64,000 nucleotides of DNA from an uncultured delta proteobacterium (GCA_963716725.1 CAVQUB010000032.1:277733-341732); one strand, 5' to 3'; shown: positions 34,919 through 47,069, numbered from the stretch's first letter. Made by a program: numbers and translations. Notes: generated from the sequence alone by a model not told the origin.

Positions 34919-35263
34919 CGCCCACCTCCTCGGTGTGCGTCGCGCGAGAGACGGATCGCCTTGTCGGCGTATTCCTCGGCGACTTCTGCCAGGTTGTTGG
35001 CGTCGCTGTAGTCAGCGGATGCCGCTTCTTCTTGCGCCTTCTCCAGGTGCTGCTGCGCGTAGAAGTACTCGTACGGCGCGCAGCTTCTCTGCGCCGAGCT
35101 CGCGTGCCTCTTCGAGGCGGCTTGCCGCAGAGTTAGCCTGGAACACATACAGCGTGTGCCCGCAGCCGCTCTGCGACGCGCTGAGCCCCATCACCGTGAG
35201 CACGAAAGCCAAACGAAGGCTCGCCCGCACACTTCCCCGACCGAAGCTCGATTCCCTGGTCAT
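34915..35263 (-). CDS. DUF4398-like lipoprotein; apparent frameshift near 35085
   Basis: Lipobox QSGC; LEEARELGAEK + APYEYFYAQQHLEKAQEEA; overlaps the ompA start (ATGA). Confidence 0.75.
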
Positions 35264-35425
35264 CCGTTGCCCTCGGCTCCACAGCCGAAATTCGCTACGG
35301 GGACGCTACCAACCGACGGATTCCGCCGTCAATACGCGGCATGGCTCCGGGCAAGAATCCCTGGCGGGGGCTCACTCTTCCAGGGGGCCTCTCGCCAGGC
35401 TGGTGAGGGGATCCGCCTCCGGCTT

Positions 35426-35495
35426 GGCCCCAGCCCTAGGCCCGGCCCCAGCCCTAGGCCCGGCCCTAGCCCTCGGAGCCGGGCTCGCCCTGGGC
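35426..35495. repeat. Short intergenic C/G-rich hexamer-based repeat (GGCCCCAGCCCTAGGCCC x2 plus partial copies)
   Basis: Directly visible between lexA and the DUF4398 gene. Confidence 0.7.
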
Positions 35496-35591
35496 CAACG
35501 ACGCTCCCAGGCGGTCACGCCGCGACAGACCGCGCGGCGGCGTTGGAAGCGCGCGCTCGGCGCGACATCGCTCCGACGGTGAGTGGAGGGC

Positions 35592-36224
35592 TCAGATCTT
35601 CCGGAACACGCCGATGACTTTTCCGAGCAACATGGTCGGCTTGAAGTCCGTCGCACGCACCAAGATAGGCGCCATTTGCGCGTTCGCCGGCTGGAAGCGC
35701 ACGTAGTCGCGCTCCGGGTAGTAGTATTTCACAGTCGCCTCGTCGCCGATCATCGCGACCACGATCTCGCCGCGCTCGGCCGTCGCCTGCTTCTTCACGA
35801 AGATGTAGTCGCCGCTGAAGATGCCGGCGTCGATCATGCTGTCGCCTGCCACTTTTAGGCCGAAAACGTCCTTCCCGCCCCGGACCAGCATCCGATCGAT
35901 GCGCACGTTGTCGATGATGTTCTCTTCCGCAAGGAGCGGCGCACCCGCGGCCACCCGACCTAGAATCGGGACCTCGAGGAGATCATCCGAGGACGGTGAC
36001 GGCTTCTGCTTGTCCTCCACCAGCTTGAGCGCACGGCTCTTCATGTCCTCGCGGCGGAGGTATCCCTTCCGTTCGAGCGCACGCAGGTGATCGTTCACGC
36101 CGTTCGTGGATTTGATGCCCATGTGCTCCCCGATCTCGCGGAGCGTCGGCGGATAGCCGCGGTTTTCGATGGAGTAACGGATGAAGGCCAGGGTCTGCTC
36201 TTGGCGCTTCGTGAGTCCTTGCAT
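35592..36224 (-). CDS. lexA: SOS repressor LexA
   Basis: [33 protein letters not shown] (Ala-Gly cleavage site), GDSM (Ser), EATVK (Lys). Confidence 0.97.
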   Translation of the reverse strand: MQGLTKRQEQTLAFIRYSIENRGYPPTLREIGEHMGIKSTNGVNDHLRALERKGYLRREDMKSRALKLVEDKQKPSPSSDDLLEVPILGRVAAGAPLLAEENIIDNVRIDRMLVRGGKDVFGLKVAGDSMIDAGIFSGDYIFVKKQATAERGEIVVAMIGDEATVKYYYPERDYVRFQPANAQMAPILVRATDFKPTMLLGKVIGVFRKI

Positions 36225-36233
36225 GGTCGCCGA

Positions 36234-36262
36234 AAGATACTGAACGGCCGTGCGGGAGTCAA
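36234..36262 (-). promoter_or_regulatory. lexA promoter with a Myxococcus-type LexA box in the spacer
   Basis: Minus strand TTGACT-CCCGCACGGCCGTTCAG-TATCTT; CCGCACGGCCGTTCAG matches CTRHAMRYBYGTTCAG at 14/16 positions. Confidence 0.75.
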
Positions 36263-36431
36263 ATGTCCTACACAGTTTTCCCACAGCACGGCGAAAATCC
36301 ATGGGTTTCTGGGACTCGGGGGCTAGTTCTTCAACCGGCGCCCGAGCCCTCATTTCCAGCACGCCTGCGCGCGCGGCACCCTGCGGGCGCTCAGCGCATC
36401 TCGGATGTCGCTGTGCACGCGCTCAGCCGGG

Positions 36432-36899
36432 TCAGAACTTCCCGCTCACCGACAAAAAGGTCAGTTTGTCGGTGGTCTCGCGTAGGCGGGCCACCAGCAT
36501 CCGCACGACGCTCCACAGCACCTCGTACGCCAGATCCTTGTGCAAAAAAAGAAGGTCGTCGAAGCCGTCTTTCGCGATGGCGAGCAGACGGCAGCGCTCG
36601 TGGACTCGCGCGTCGGCGGACCGCGGCGACTCGTCGAGCAGCGCCATTTCTCCGAAGACCTCGCCGGGTCCGAGCACCGCCAGTGCCTCTTCGCCCATGC
36701 CCGGCACCTCGCGGCTGATCCGGACCTTGCCCTCGAGGATCAGGTAGAGCTTGTCCCCCGCGTCGCCGTGTTGAAAGATCTTCGTTCCCGTCGCGTGGCG
36801 CTCTTCCGTCGCGACCTTGGCGATGAGCTCGAGCGCCTGGGGTTTCAGGCCCGAAAAAAGCGCCAAGTTGCGCAGCTGCTCGATCCGCTCTTCGCTCAC
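36432..36899 (-). CDS. Stand-alone cyclic-nucleotide-binding domain protein
   Basis: IFQHGDAGDKLYLILEGKV, FGEMALL, PRSAD; no HTH. Confidence 0.9.
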   Translation of the reverse strand: MSEERIEQLRNLALFSGLKPQALELIAKVATEERHATGTKIFQHGDAGDKLYLILEGKVRISREVPGMGEEALAVLGPGEVFGEMALLDESPRSADARVHERCRLLAIAKDGFDDLLFLHKDLAYEVLWSVVRMLVARLRETTDKLTFLSVSGKF

Positions 36900-36996
36900 G
36901 AGCCCCGCACTCTATCTCAAGGCCGCCATACTGGCGACATCGTGGGAGAGTTGGGGCCCCCCGGCGACTGACAGTTGCCGCCGTATCGCTGGAGGA

Positions 36997-37900
36997 TCAG
37001 CGCGTGAACCGCACGGGGAACGGGCTCGTCGTCTTGACCAGGGGCTGGCCGTCTTTGTCGGCTCCGACGTTGTACTGCATGCGCATGGCGCAGCTCTTCG
37101 CCAGCCGTCCAAAGCCGTGGCCTGGATCCGAGATCACGTTGACGCGCTTCGCTCGGCCGTCGGCGCCGACGGTGACGCTGATCGTGACGACGCCGAAGTC
37201 GATCTTGATCGATGTCGGCTTCCGGAGGGAAGCCGCAGTTCCAGCTGCGGCTCGTCGGGCGGCCGGGCGGGTCAGCGTCCTTCCCGGGCGGCGCGGCCGC
37301 GGGTGCTGCCGCCGGGCTTGCTGCCCTTCCCCGGGCTCCGCCGGCTTGCTTTGGGGTCCCGCACCGCGGTCTTGCGAGGTGCCGGCAGCCGCAGTCGTTC
37401 CGCCCGCGTAGCGATCGCCGGTGCCTGTCACGAAGCCGTTGTCCGGTCAGGTCGACGGGTTCGTCCGGATCCGGCTCCGCCGTGAGCACCTTGCCAGCTT
37501 CGGCCGCCTGGGGCGGTTCGCCGACTTTGTGATCCGGCGCGGTTGGCTCCGGAGCTGGCGGTGGCTCTTCGGGCGTGACGTCCTTCTCGGCCTCGGGTTC
37601 GGCCGGCGGGCGAGGGCGGCCGCTGCCGGCGGCGTCGTCGACGTTCATGTCGTAGGCCTGCAAGTTGCGCGCTCGATGCACCTGCCATCCGAACCATGCT
37701 CGAGCGAAGCTGCCAGGTGCGAACGCGTTGTCGCCATCTTGCCGGCCGCGGCGCCGTGAACGATCAGCGCGCCGACGCAATGCCGATCAGCGATCCCGAC
37801 GGCAGTCCGCGCTCGGCCGAGCGCCAACACCGGCGCGAGCGGATCGCGGTCGCGATCCAGGCGGATGTCGCGGGAGCCCGGGACGTTCGGCTGACGGCTG
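36997..37900 (-). CDS. tonB: TonB-like energy transducer; multiple apparent frameshifts, 5' end approximate
   Basis: Pro/Glu-rich linker (EEPPPAPEP...AEAGKVLTAEPDP); C-terminus VTISVTVGADGRAKRV.VISDPGHGFG...FPVRF; follows exbD. Confidence 0.7.
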
Positions 37901-37910
37901 TCGTCTCGGG

Positions 37911-38363
37911 CTAGTGGGGATTTTCGGTTCCGTGTCCACCGGTACCCCCTCACCCGACGTGCGAGACCGCAAATGCGATCTTTGCCACGCCTGCGCGCTT
38001 CAGCAAGTCCAGCACGTGGATCACGCGGCCATGCTCGACCTTTGTGATCGGCTCGGATCACGGCGCGCAGGTCCTTGTTCTTGGCTCTTGGCGTCCTTGG
38101 CCAGCGGTTCCGATGGTCGTCGTCGTTGCTCACGGTCTTGGAGTCGACCACGGTCTTGCCGTCGGCGCTGAGCTCGACGCTGAAGATCTTCTGGATGTCC
38201 TCGCCGCTGGCCGCCTTCGGCAGATCCATGGGCATGCCTTGGGAAACGATGATCTTCGCCGTGACCATGAAGATGATCAAGAGCACCAAGGTGACGTCCA
38301 CCAGCGGCGTCACGTTGATGCCGCTGATCAGTCCGTCGTCTTCGTCTTCGCGCTCGCCGCCAT
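37911..38363 (-). CDS. exbD: ExbD/TolR biopolymer transport protein; frameshifted
   Basis: [32 protein letters not shown]. Confidence 0.88.
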
Positions 38364-38367
38364 GCGT

Positions 38368-39119
38368 TCACTCCTCGCTCTCGTCTCGCTCGTCTTCGCA
38401 GCTGCCGCGAGCCGGAGTTGGAGCCGCGTCGAGAGCTGCGCCGAAGGCGTTGCGGGGCGAGCTGCCGCTCGACGCGACCAGGTGCGCAAGCAGCACGCGA
38501 GTCAGCGCGTCGGTGTTGGCCAGGATGGACTTCGCTTGGCGTTGGAATACGTTGTACATGACGACCGCGGGGATCGCGACGGCCAGACCGACGGCGGTGG
38601 CGACCAGCGCTTCGGCGATGGCGAACATCACCTCTTGCGGCGCCATGGCGCCGGTAGCGTCTGCGGCGGCTCTGGTTCTGCCGGCTGAGCGCCTCGAAGG
38701 CTTGCACCACGCCGATGACGGTGCCGAACAGGCCGATGAACGGAGCGTTGTTGCCGAGCGTGCCTAGAAACGCCAGACGCCGCTCGAGCTTGATGCGCTG
38801 CAGCGCTCGCAGCGCCGTGCATCGCCTCCTCTGCGGCCTTGGTGCCGCGGTCCGCTTCGAGCAGTCCCGCGCAAACCACGGCGGCCTCTGCGCTGGGAGA
38901 CGACTCCATGCGTTTCTTGGCGCCGTCGAGATCGTTGGCACGCAGGCGGTCGCGAAGGTCATGGGCCAGCTTCGCGAGGTTGTCACGGAGCGACCAGTAG
39001 AACCAGGCGCGCTCGAGCATGATCGCAACGGATACAACGCTCAGCACGATCAGGAGCCACATGACCCACCCGGCGCCGAAGTTGGTCATCAGCCGTTGGA
39101 GCCACGATACGAGATTCAT
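38368..39119 (-). CDS. exbB: MotA/TolQ/ExbB proton channel protein; frameshifted
   Basis: [41 protein letters not shown]. Confidence 0.9.
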
Positions 39120-39248
39120 TGCATTGATCCTTGGACGCGCGTTCGACGCGCAAGCAGGGCGATATCTTTAGTGCCGATCCCGGCCGGATCCATAGCCAAA
39201 GCTGAAAGCGGGCAGTTTGACGCTGGATCGCGAAGCCCGCCGGGGGGG

Positions 39249-40727
39249 TCAGAGCTCGTGGGGCATCAAATCGTGCGGCGAGCGGAAGAACTGCTGAGGA
39301 GAGTAGCCGAGTAGGCTCGAGACCCGCCGCATGTAGATGTCCGCGTAGCTGCTGACCTGGAGTCCGAATCCGCTCATCTCGTTCTCCTCTTTGAGCAGTG
39401 AGCCCCAGTAGGGGTGGAAGGTGCGGTCGACGCGGTCGTGGAGCAGCGCATGCTCTTGGTCGATGCGGCGAAGCTCCGCTCGCAGCCGGTCGATGGCCCG
39501 CTTCACTCGCGCTCGGTCCGCGACCCGGTCCGAGCCGTCACCGTTCGCGAGCTTCCCGAGTTCTTTGAACTGAGCCTGATAGAAGCGCAGTTCGTCCTCG
39601 ATCTTCGCGCGTTGCTCGTGCAGCTCGCGGATGCGGCCCAGCTCGATGGCGCAGACCTCCAGCGCGGCGATCTCGGCGTCCAGCTCTTGGATGATCATGG
39701 CGGTGCGCCACGACGTCTCTTTCTTGCAGCGAAGGATGTCGCCGTAGATGTGGTCGCCGACGTAGAGCACGCTCGATCCCCGGACGCCCACCAGTCGTTC
39801 GAAGTCCACCAGGTTGCCGTTCTCGTAGATGCGCCCGCGTTCGAGGCCACCCTTGACGGCGCGCGTCGTGTCGCCGTCCCGTTCGAGGAAAGCGTTCCCG
39901 TTCTGGAACCACGCGGGCTTCTGGGCGGCGCAGATCACGATGTCGAAGTAGTGCTGCCAGCTGGGGTATTCGGCCATGGCGCCGTCGAGCAGGAACGTCA
40001 TGACCTGGTCGCTGTAGCTCGTCGGTGAGTTGGTGAGCAGAAACAGCTTCTTCCCCGCCGACCGGAACTTGTGCAGCGTGCGCGCGAGCTCCGTGTCGCG
40101 GGCGACGTAGCGCGGGAAGTCCGCCGTCACGTGGGTGTAGACGGAGCCGTCGCGGTGCGCCTCGTCGATGGACGTGCGGACGTCGGTGAACAGGTTGGCG
40201 TAGTCCACGTGTTCGCCCCGCCGCTCGAGCACGTCCACGATGGCCGAGTACGCGGTGACCTCGGAGAGCGCGAAGAGCGTGTCGATCCAGTGATAACGCG
40301 GCGTGTGCGGGCGGATACGCTTGTGGTGATAGAGTTCGTCGAGCTCGTCCTGCGCCAGAGCCGGAGGCCGTGGTAGCCCTTGCAGCACGACCCTTGTGCC
40401 GATCCATCTTCAGCACGTGGCCGAGCTTCTTGTCGACCAGCAGGCCGCGGATGGGGAAGTGGGCGTCGTAGCTCAGGTGGCGCAAGTACGAGGGTAGCCG
40501 CGCCGCACCATGCGCTCGGCAGTCAGGTCGATGCTGATCGCGTCCATCTGCTCTTGGTTGTAGATGGCCAGCGTGTAGTCCATGTCGAAGCCGACCCACT
40601 CGATGGACGACAGGCGCAGGTTGCGGTTCACCGATACCTTGTCGGCACGCGGGATGCCGGCGCTCCGGCCGGCGTCGGAGATCGCGCCGGGGAAGGGCAG
40701 GAGCAGCTGTTTCGGATGCGGGGGCAA
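39249..40727 (-). CDS. HAD-IG family 5'-nucleotidase; apparent frameshifts near 40495 and 40395; start uncertain
   Basis: GFDMDYTLA, FPIRGL..D, FLLTNS, YVGDHIYGDI, WRT..I..EL, YADIY. Confidence 0.9.
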
Positions 40728-40751
40728 CGGGTCGACGCTCGAATCATATCA

Positions 40752-41823
40752 TCAGACGCGACGCACGCCGTGGCCGGCCTGAATTTGGTCTACCGTGAGT
40801 CGGGGGCCCTGCTGCTCGAAGCCGCCCGCGAGGGGCCGCTCCGCCATGAACAGGGGTGTGTCGAGATCGACGAAGGAGAACCCGCCCAACCCTCCGGCGA
40901 AGCAGGCCGAGGCTGTCATGCAGAGCTCGGTCTCGACCATGCCCCCCACCATCAGACCGAGGCCGGCGGCGCGTGCGGCGCCCACCATGTCGAGGGCCTC
41001 GGCGACGCCGCTCTTCATCAGCTTGATGTTGATGACGTCGGCCGCGTGTTCGCGCGCCAGGACGCCGACCGCTCGGGCATTCTTTGCGCTTTCGTCGGCT
41101 GCCACCGGGACGCGTCCCTGCTCCCGCACCCGGCGCAACCCGTCCAGATCCCCTGCCGGCGTCGGCTGTTCGAAGAGCGCGATCCGCGCGCGGCGGGGTC
41201 CGAGGGCGCCGAGCAGGCCGACCGCCTCGTCGGCGGAGAGCGCCGCGTTGGCGTCCAGGATCAACTTCGCGCGAGGAGCTGCCTCGAGGATGGCGTCGAG
41301 TCGCGCGACGTCCTCGTCGAATCCGCCCCGCACCGATCTTGATCTTGAGCGTGGCGAACCCGTCCTGAGCGGCGCGAGCGGCGGCGATCCGGGCCTCTTC
41401 CACGGTGCCGGTCACCAGCGTCAGGTCGCTGACGAGCGCGGCCTCGGCGCCGCCGAAGAAGCTCCAGAGCGAAAGCCCGACGCGGCGACACAGCGCGTCG
41501 AGCAGCGCGGTCTCGACGGCACAGCGAGCTGCGGCAGCCCCGGGTGCGGCTTCGGTGAGCTGCGACGCCACCCGCCGCCAGCGGCGCGCGTCTTGGCCGA
41601 CGATCACCGCGCGCAGGTTCTCGAGGGTCGCCAGCGTCTGCTCCTGCGTCTCGCCGCTGACGGCGGGAAAGGGCGCCGCCTCACCGAGGCCCGTGCTGCC
41701 GTCTTCGAGCGTGATTGTGACGAGTACGTTCCGCGCGCTCGCCTGCGTGCCGCTTGCGATTCCGAAGGGCGTCGTGAGGGCGACGTCCAATGCTTCGGCG
41801 TGCACCTGCTTGATGGCGAGCAT
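40752..41823 (-). CDS. Dipeptide epimerase (L-Ala-D/L-Glu epimerase, enolase superfamily); apparent frameshift near 41330
   Basis: PFGIASG, GLGEAAP, LKIKIG, LDAN, FEQP, AADES, NIKLMKSG, DLDTP. Confidence 0.9.
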
Positions 41824-41851
41824 GCTGACTGCCGAGTAGACTACGGCACCG

Positions 41852-42559
41852 ATGCGTCCAATTGCCATTTTGGTGACCGGGGAGCCCGTCGCGCGGGCGC
41901 GGGCATCGCGCGGCAGCTTTTCGGACATGATCCGGACCGCCGTCGGCGACGCCTGGCGTGGCCCGTGGCTCGAGCTGGACGCTCGGCGCGCAGAGCCCTG
42001 GCCAGAGCCGGCGTCACTCGCGGGCATGATCGTCACCGGATCGAGCGCCAGCGTCACCGATCGCGAGCCCTGGGTGGTCGAGATCGAAGCGCGCCTGGCG
42101 GCGCTGGTGGCGGCGACGACGCCCGTGTTCGGGATCTGCTTCGGCCACCAGGTGCTTGGCCAGGCGCTGGGCGGCCAGGTGGTGCAGAACCCGCGCGGCC
42201 GTCAGATCGGGACGGTCGACGCCGAGGTGTCCGGCGACGATGCGCTGCTCGCCGGGAGTTCGCGGCCGCTGCGCGTCAACACATCGCACCGCGACGTCCT
42301 GGCCGAGCTGCCGCCGGGCGCTCGCGTCGTGGGCACGACGCCCCTCGACCCTCACGCCTTCGTGCGCTTCGGCGAGCGTGCCTTCGGCGTGCAGGTGCAC
42401 CCCGAGTTCGACGCCGTGACCATGCGCGCCTACGTCGAAGAACGACGCGAGATCTTGGCCGGTGAAGGCTTTGACGTCGATGCCCTGCTCGAGCGCGTGG
42501 ACGACGCCGAAGCCGCAGCCGGCGTGCTCCGGCGCTTCGTCGCCGGCGTCACACGTTGA
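41852..42559 (+). CDS. Class I glutamine amidotransferase-like protein
   Basis: VTGS, FGICFGHQ (Cys), QVHPE (His-Glu). Confidence 0.9.
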   Translation: MRPIAILVTGEPVARARASRGSFSDMIRTAVGDAWRGPWLELDARRAEPWPEPASLAGMIVTGSSASVTDREPWVVEIEARLAALVAATTPVFGICFGHQVLGQALGGQVVQNPRGRQIGTVDAEVSGDDALLAGSSRPLRVNTSHRDVLAELPPGARVVGTTPLDPHAFVRFGERAFGVQVHPEFDAVTMRAYVEERREILAGEGFDVDALLERVDDAEAAAGVLRRFVAGVTR

Positions 42560-43559
42560 GCGTGAAGCTGGGGGAGCGAGGCGTCCGCCAGGTCCGGGCT
42601 TGCCCGCCGTGGTTCGAGGGAGGACACGCCTGGCAGGCAGCGCGGCGGGCGGAGCGGTTGCTTCGGGGCGCGAGCCGGGCAGTCGCCTGAGCCGTGGAGT
42701 CCTGGTATATGCGCGTCAGGCCATGCCCCTGAGAGTCCGCTCGTGAAGCCATGGCAGCTATTGGGTGAGGGCCAAACGCCGGATGGCGAGGAGATGTTGC
42801 TCACTCGCCACGGCACCGAGTACGTGATTCTCGCGAATAGCCGGAGCTTGATGTCGAGTCGCATGCACGGCTCCGAGGAGGCGTTGGCGACCTTCGCGTG
42901 CGCGGAGCTGGGCAAGAAGAATTCCGAACCGTGTTGCTTGGTGGGCGGGCTCGGCATGGGCTTTACCCTTCGTGCCACCCTCGATCTGCTTCCCGCTGAA
43001 GCCACGGTGGTGGTTGCGGAGCTGGTCACCGCGGTGGTGGATTGGAATCGCGGACCGTTGGGACATCTCGCCGGCTACCCCTTGAAAGATCCGCGCGTCA
43101 GGATCGAGATCGGCGATGTCGCCGATCTGCTGCGCGCGAGTCGCGAGCGCTTCGACGTCGTGATGCTCGATGTCGACAACGGCCCGAGCGCGTTTACCAC
43201 CGAGCGTAACTTCGGGCTCTACGACGATCGGGGTCTCCAAGCCATTCGGACGGCCCTTCAGCCCGGAGGCACACTGGCGGTGTGGTCCGCGCGCGAAGAT
43301 CGCGCCTTCGAACACCGCCTGCGTTACGCGGGCTTTCAGGTGCGAATCGAGCGTGTACGTGGGCGACTGAAAAAAGGCGGGCCGCGCCACACGATCTTCC
43401 TCGGCACGCGTTGACGGGCGGCTAAGGGCAAGTGAGCCGACCGCGCGCTGCGCCGAAGCCGCCGGTCGATGGCGATCCTTGGTCGCCCGCGAGCCCGTCG
43501 TTCCGCGGAGCTTCGTCGCCGGCCTCACACGTTGAGCGTGAAGCTCGGCAGCGAGGCGT
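42534..43559. repeat. About 50-bp imperfect direct repeat (42534-42584 and 43510-43559) bracketing a methyltransferase gene
   Basis: GCTTCGTCGCCGGC(G/C)TCACACGTTGAGCGTGAAGCT...AGCGAGGCGT is present at both sites. Confidence 0.9.
42743..43414 (+). CDS. Spermidine-synthase-like SAM-dependent methyltransferase
   Basis: LMSSRMHGSEEALA, VGGLGMGFT, VAEL, LDVDNGP, LAVWS. Confidence 0.85.
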   Translation: MKPWQLLGEGQTPDGEEMLLTRHGTEYVILANSRSLMSSRMHGSEEALATFACAELGKKNSEPCCLVGGLGMGFTLRATLDLLPAEATVVVAELVTAVVDWNRGPLGHLAGYPLKDPRVRIEIGDVADLLRASRERFDVVMLDVDNGPSAFTTERNFGLYDDRGLQAIRTALQPGGTLAVWSAREDRAFEHRLRYAGFQVRIERVRGRLKKGGPRHTIFLGTR

Positions 43560-44691
43560 AGCGCGCCGACGTGGAAGGCGTCGTCGCCGAACAGCGTGGC
43601 CAGCACGTGCATGCGCTTGAAGTAGAGACCGACGTCGTGCTCGTCGGTGACGCCGATGCCGCCGTGCAGCTGAATGCCCTGCCGGGTCACGAAGCCGCCG
43701 CTCTCGCATCAGCTGCACCTTGGCCGCGCTGATGGCGCGCGCCGCTCGTCCGCGTCGCGGGTCCTGCGGCCTTGATCATGGCCGAGCATGGCCACGCGAC
43801 TTGGTCAGCTCGGTCTCCACGAACATGTCGACGGCGCGGTGCTGCAGCGCCTGGAAGCTGCCGATCGGCACGCCGAACTGCTTGCGCTCCATCAGGTAGT
43901 TGCGCGTCATCCACAGCACGGTCTGCAGGATGCCGCTGGCCCTCGCAGCACGGTGGCGGCGGCGCCGAGGTCGATCAGCTGCTGCGAGCAACGCGCCGGC
44001 CGCCGCCGGCTCGCCCAGCAGCGCGATCGCGCCCGACCTCGACGTCGTCGAGCTCGACGATGGCGGCCTGTCTGGCCGTCCATGGTGCTTCACCGGCTGC
44101 ACGCGCACGCCGGGCGGCTGCGGTCGATCACGAAGAGGGAGAGCCGTCGGCGCTGCCGTCGTTGCCGCGGCGCGGGCGCTGACCAGGAGGTGATCGGCGG
44201 CGTGGCCGTTCAGGACCCAGCGCTTCTTGCCCCGCAGTCGGTAGCCCGTGCCGGCCGCTTCGGCGCGGGTCCGCACGCAGTGTGGCGTCGTACCGGCTCT
44301 GCGTCTTCGCTCCAGGCGAGGGCCAGGCTCTCGATCGCCGAGCAGCGACGGCGCGAGGAAGCGGCCCTGCTGCTCGGCGCTGCCGGCTTGGACCAGTGCG
44401 CTGCCCGGCCACGAAGCAACGGGATCATCGGCTCGGGCACCAGCGTCGTGCCCGAGCTCTTGGATGATCAGGCCGGCTGTCGACGAAGGTCATGCCGGCG
44501 CCGCCCACGCTCTCGGGGAACATCACGCCGAGCCAGCCGAGCTCGCCCATCTGTCTTCCAGACGGCGCGGTCCCAGCCGAGCTCGCTGTCACGCAGCTTG
44601 CGCATGCGCTCGACAGGTGACTCGCTTGCTTCACGAAGTGCGGCACGGTGTCGACGAGCAGCTTTTGGTCTTCGGTGAGTTCGAAGTTCAT
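43525..44691 (-). CDS. Acyl-CoA dehydrogenase (small-subunit-like); many apparent frameshifts
   Basis: MNFELTEDQKLL, ELGWLG...GGAG, ERKQFGVPIGSFQALQHRAVDM, IQLHGGIGVTDE. Confidence 0.85.
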
Positions 44692-44701
44692 GGTGAGTTC
44701 C

Positions 44702-45889
44702 TCAGCCGGGCAGGCCAAGAATCATCTTGGCGATGATGTTCTTCTGGATCTCGTTGGAGCCGGCGTAGATGGTGGCGGCGCGGAGGTAGTTGAAGCCGGG
44801 CGCGACCCAGTGCTCCCGCGGGGGCACGACGCCAGGCTCGTTGAACCACGACAGCGAGTTCTCCCCCATCAGGACCATCAGCAGGTCGATGCAGCCCTGC
44901 TGGATCTCGGTGCCGCGGAGCTTGAGGATGCTCGACTCGGGTCCCGGGCGCGTGCCCGAGCTTGGCGCCGGCGAGCGCGCGGTAGTTCGCCATGCTGCAG
45001 CGCCTCGAGGCGGATCTCGAGGCGTGGCGATGCGGGCGCGGATCACCGGGATCGTCGAGCAGCGGCTGCCGCCCGCCGAAGGTGTCGCGCGGCGATGCGC
45101 TTGGCTCGCAGGAGCGCCCGGGCGCTGATGCCGATGCCGGCCACGAGCGTGCGCTCGTGGCCGAGCAGCGCCTTGGCGTAGGTCCAGCCCTGGTTCAGCT
45201 CGCCGACCAGGTTCTCTTTCGGCACCTTCACGTCCTCGAACCAGGTCTCGCAGAACGCCGGCGTGCCGCCGGTGGTCAGGAAGGGCTTGGCCGTCACGCC
45301 CGGCGACTTCATGTCGCACAGGATGAAGCTGATGCCTTCTTGCTTTTTCTTGGCTTCGGAGTTGGTGCGGGCGAGCAGGAAGATCCAGTCGGCGTACTGC
45401 GCGTAGGTGGTCCAGGTCTTCTGGCCGTTGAGGACGAAGTGGTCGCCCGCGTCTTCGGCGCGCAGGGCCAGCGAGGCGAGATCGCTGCCGGCGTTCGGCT
45501 CCGAGTAGCCCTGGCACCAGATCTCGTCGCCGCTCAGGATCTTCGGCAGGAAGCGCTGCTTCTGCGCGTCGTTGCCGAACTGGATCATGAGCGGGCCGAC
45601 CATCGCGAGGCCGAAGGGCGAGAGGCGGGGCGCGCCGGCGAGCTCGAGCTCCTCGCTGAACATGAAGCGCCGCGTGGCGTCCCAGCCCGTGCCGCCGTGC
45701 TCCTGGGGCCAGTGCGGCGCGGCCCAGCCCTTCTTCCCCAGGATCCGGTGCCACTCCATCGACTTCGTCGTGGGAAAACTCGGTGTCGATCTCGGCTTTC
45801 GACGCCAAGTCGGGCGGCAGCGCGCTCTTGATCCAGGCGCGTACTTCGTCGCGGAAGGCTAGCTCTTCGGGGCTGAACGAGAGGTCCAT
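44702..45889 (-). CDS. Acyl-CoA dehydrogenase (large-subunit-like); apparent frameshifts
   Basis: [48 protein letters not shown]. Confidence 0.9.
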   Translation of the reverse strand: MDLSFSPEELAFRDEVRAWIKSALPPDLASKAEIDTEFSHDEVDGVAPDPGEEGLGRAALAPGARRHGLGRHAALHVQRGARARRRAPPLALRPRDGRPAHDPVRQRRAEAALPAEDPERRRDLVPGLLGAERRQRSRLAGPARRRRGRPLRPQRPEDLDHLRAVRRLDLPARPHQLRSQEKARRHQLHPVRHEVAGRDGQALPDHRRHAGVLRDLVRGREGAEREPGRRAEPGLDLRQGAARPRAHARGRHRHQRPGAPASQAHRRATPSAGGSRCSTIPVIRARIATPRDPPRGAAAWRTTARSPAPSSGTRPGPESSILKLRGTEIQQGCIDLLMVLMGENSLSWFNEPGVVPPREHWVAPGFNYLRAATIYAGSNEIQKNIIAKMILGLPG

Positions 45890-45964
45890 GGCGGCGGGCT
45901 TATATCACGGCACTCCACCGCGGCCTCGACTCGCTCCGAGGCCTGCGCTAAAGGCGTCGCCCCC

Positions 45965-47068
45965 ATGGGTTTTTCCTGCGGCATCGTCGGTCTGCCAAAC
46001 GTCGGCAAGAGCACGCTCTTCAACTCGCTGTCGACCGCCAAGGCCGAGGCAGCCAACTTCCCCTTTTGTACCATCGAGCCCAACGTGGGCGTGGTCACCG
46101 TGCCCGATCCCAGGCTCGACGCCCTGGCCAAGGTCTGCAAGCCCGAGAAGATCATCCCCACGACGATCCGCTTCGTGGACATCGCCGGCCTGGTCAAGGG
46201 AGCTTCCAAGGGCGAGGGCCTCGGCAACAAGTTCCTCGCTCACATTCGGGAGGTCGATGCCATCGCGCACGTGGTGCGCTGCTTCACGGATTCGAACGTC
46301 GTGCACGTCGACGGGCGCGTCGATCCCGTGGCGGACGTCGCGACCATTGGCACCGAGCTGTGCCTCAAGGATTTGGACACCGTGCAAGGTCGGCTGGACC
46401 GCGCGCGCAAGCAGTCCAAGGGCGGGGACCCCATCGAGAAGCTCGCCGTCGGCGTCTGCGAGACGCTCGCGGCACACCTCGACGCAGGCAAACCGGCGCG
46501 TAGCACACAGTTCGATGACGACAAGGAGCGGAGCATCGTGCGTGAGATGCAGTTGCTCACCGCCAAGCCGACCTTCTACGCGGCAAACGTCGACGAGGGC
46601 TCGCTGGCGGACCTTGGCGCCAACGAATATTACCGGGCGCTGGAGGCTCACGCGAAGGAAGAGGGCGCGCCGATTGTGCCGATCTGCGCCTCCCTCGAGG
46701 CCCAGATCGCCGAGCTGGAGCCGGCGGATCGCCCCGAGTTTCTCGCCAGCGTGGGGCTCGCCGAGCCCGGGCTGAACCAGGTGATCCGCGTCGGCTACGA
46801 GATGCTCGGTCTGATCACCTACCTGACCGCAGGCGAAAAAGAGGTGCGCGCCTGGACCATCGAGCGTGGCTACACGGCACCGCAGGCCGCGGGCGTGATC
46901 CACACCGACTTCGAGCGCGGCTTCATCAAGGCCGAGGTCATCTGGTGGGAAGATCTGGTCACGCTGGGCAGCGAGGCCAAATGCCGAGAGGCGGGCAAGC
47001 TGCGGATCGAGGGCCGCGACTACGTGGTGCGCGACGGCGACGTGATGCACTTCCGATTCAACGTCTGA
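45965..47068 (+). CDS. ychF: Ribosome-binding ATPase YchF
   Basis: [63 protein letters not shown]. Confidence 0.98.
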   Translation: MGFSCGIVGLPNVGKSTLFNSLSTAKAEAANFPFCTIEPNVGVVTVPDPRLDALAKVCKPEKIIPTTIRFVDIAGLVKGASKGEGLGNKFLAHIREVDAIAHVVRCFTDSNVVHVDGRVDPVADVATIGTELCLKDLDTVQGRLDRARKQSKGGDPIEKLAVGVCETLAAHLDAGKPARSTQFDDDKERSIVREMQLLTAKPTFYAANVDEGSLADLGANEYYRALEAHAKEEGAPIVPICASLEAQIAELEPADRPEFLASVGLAEPGLNQVIRVGYEMLGLITYLTAGEKEVRAWTIERGYTAPQAAGVIHTDFERGFIKAEVIWWEDLVTLGSEAKCREAGKLRIEGRDYVVRDGDVMHFRFNV

Positions 47069-47069
47069 T

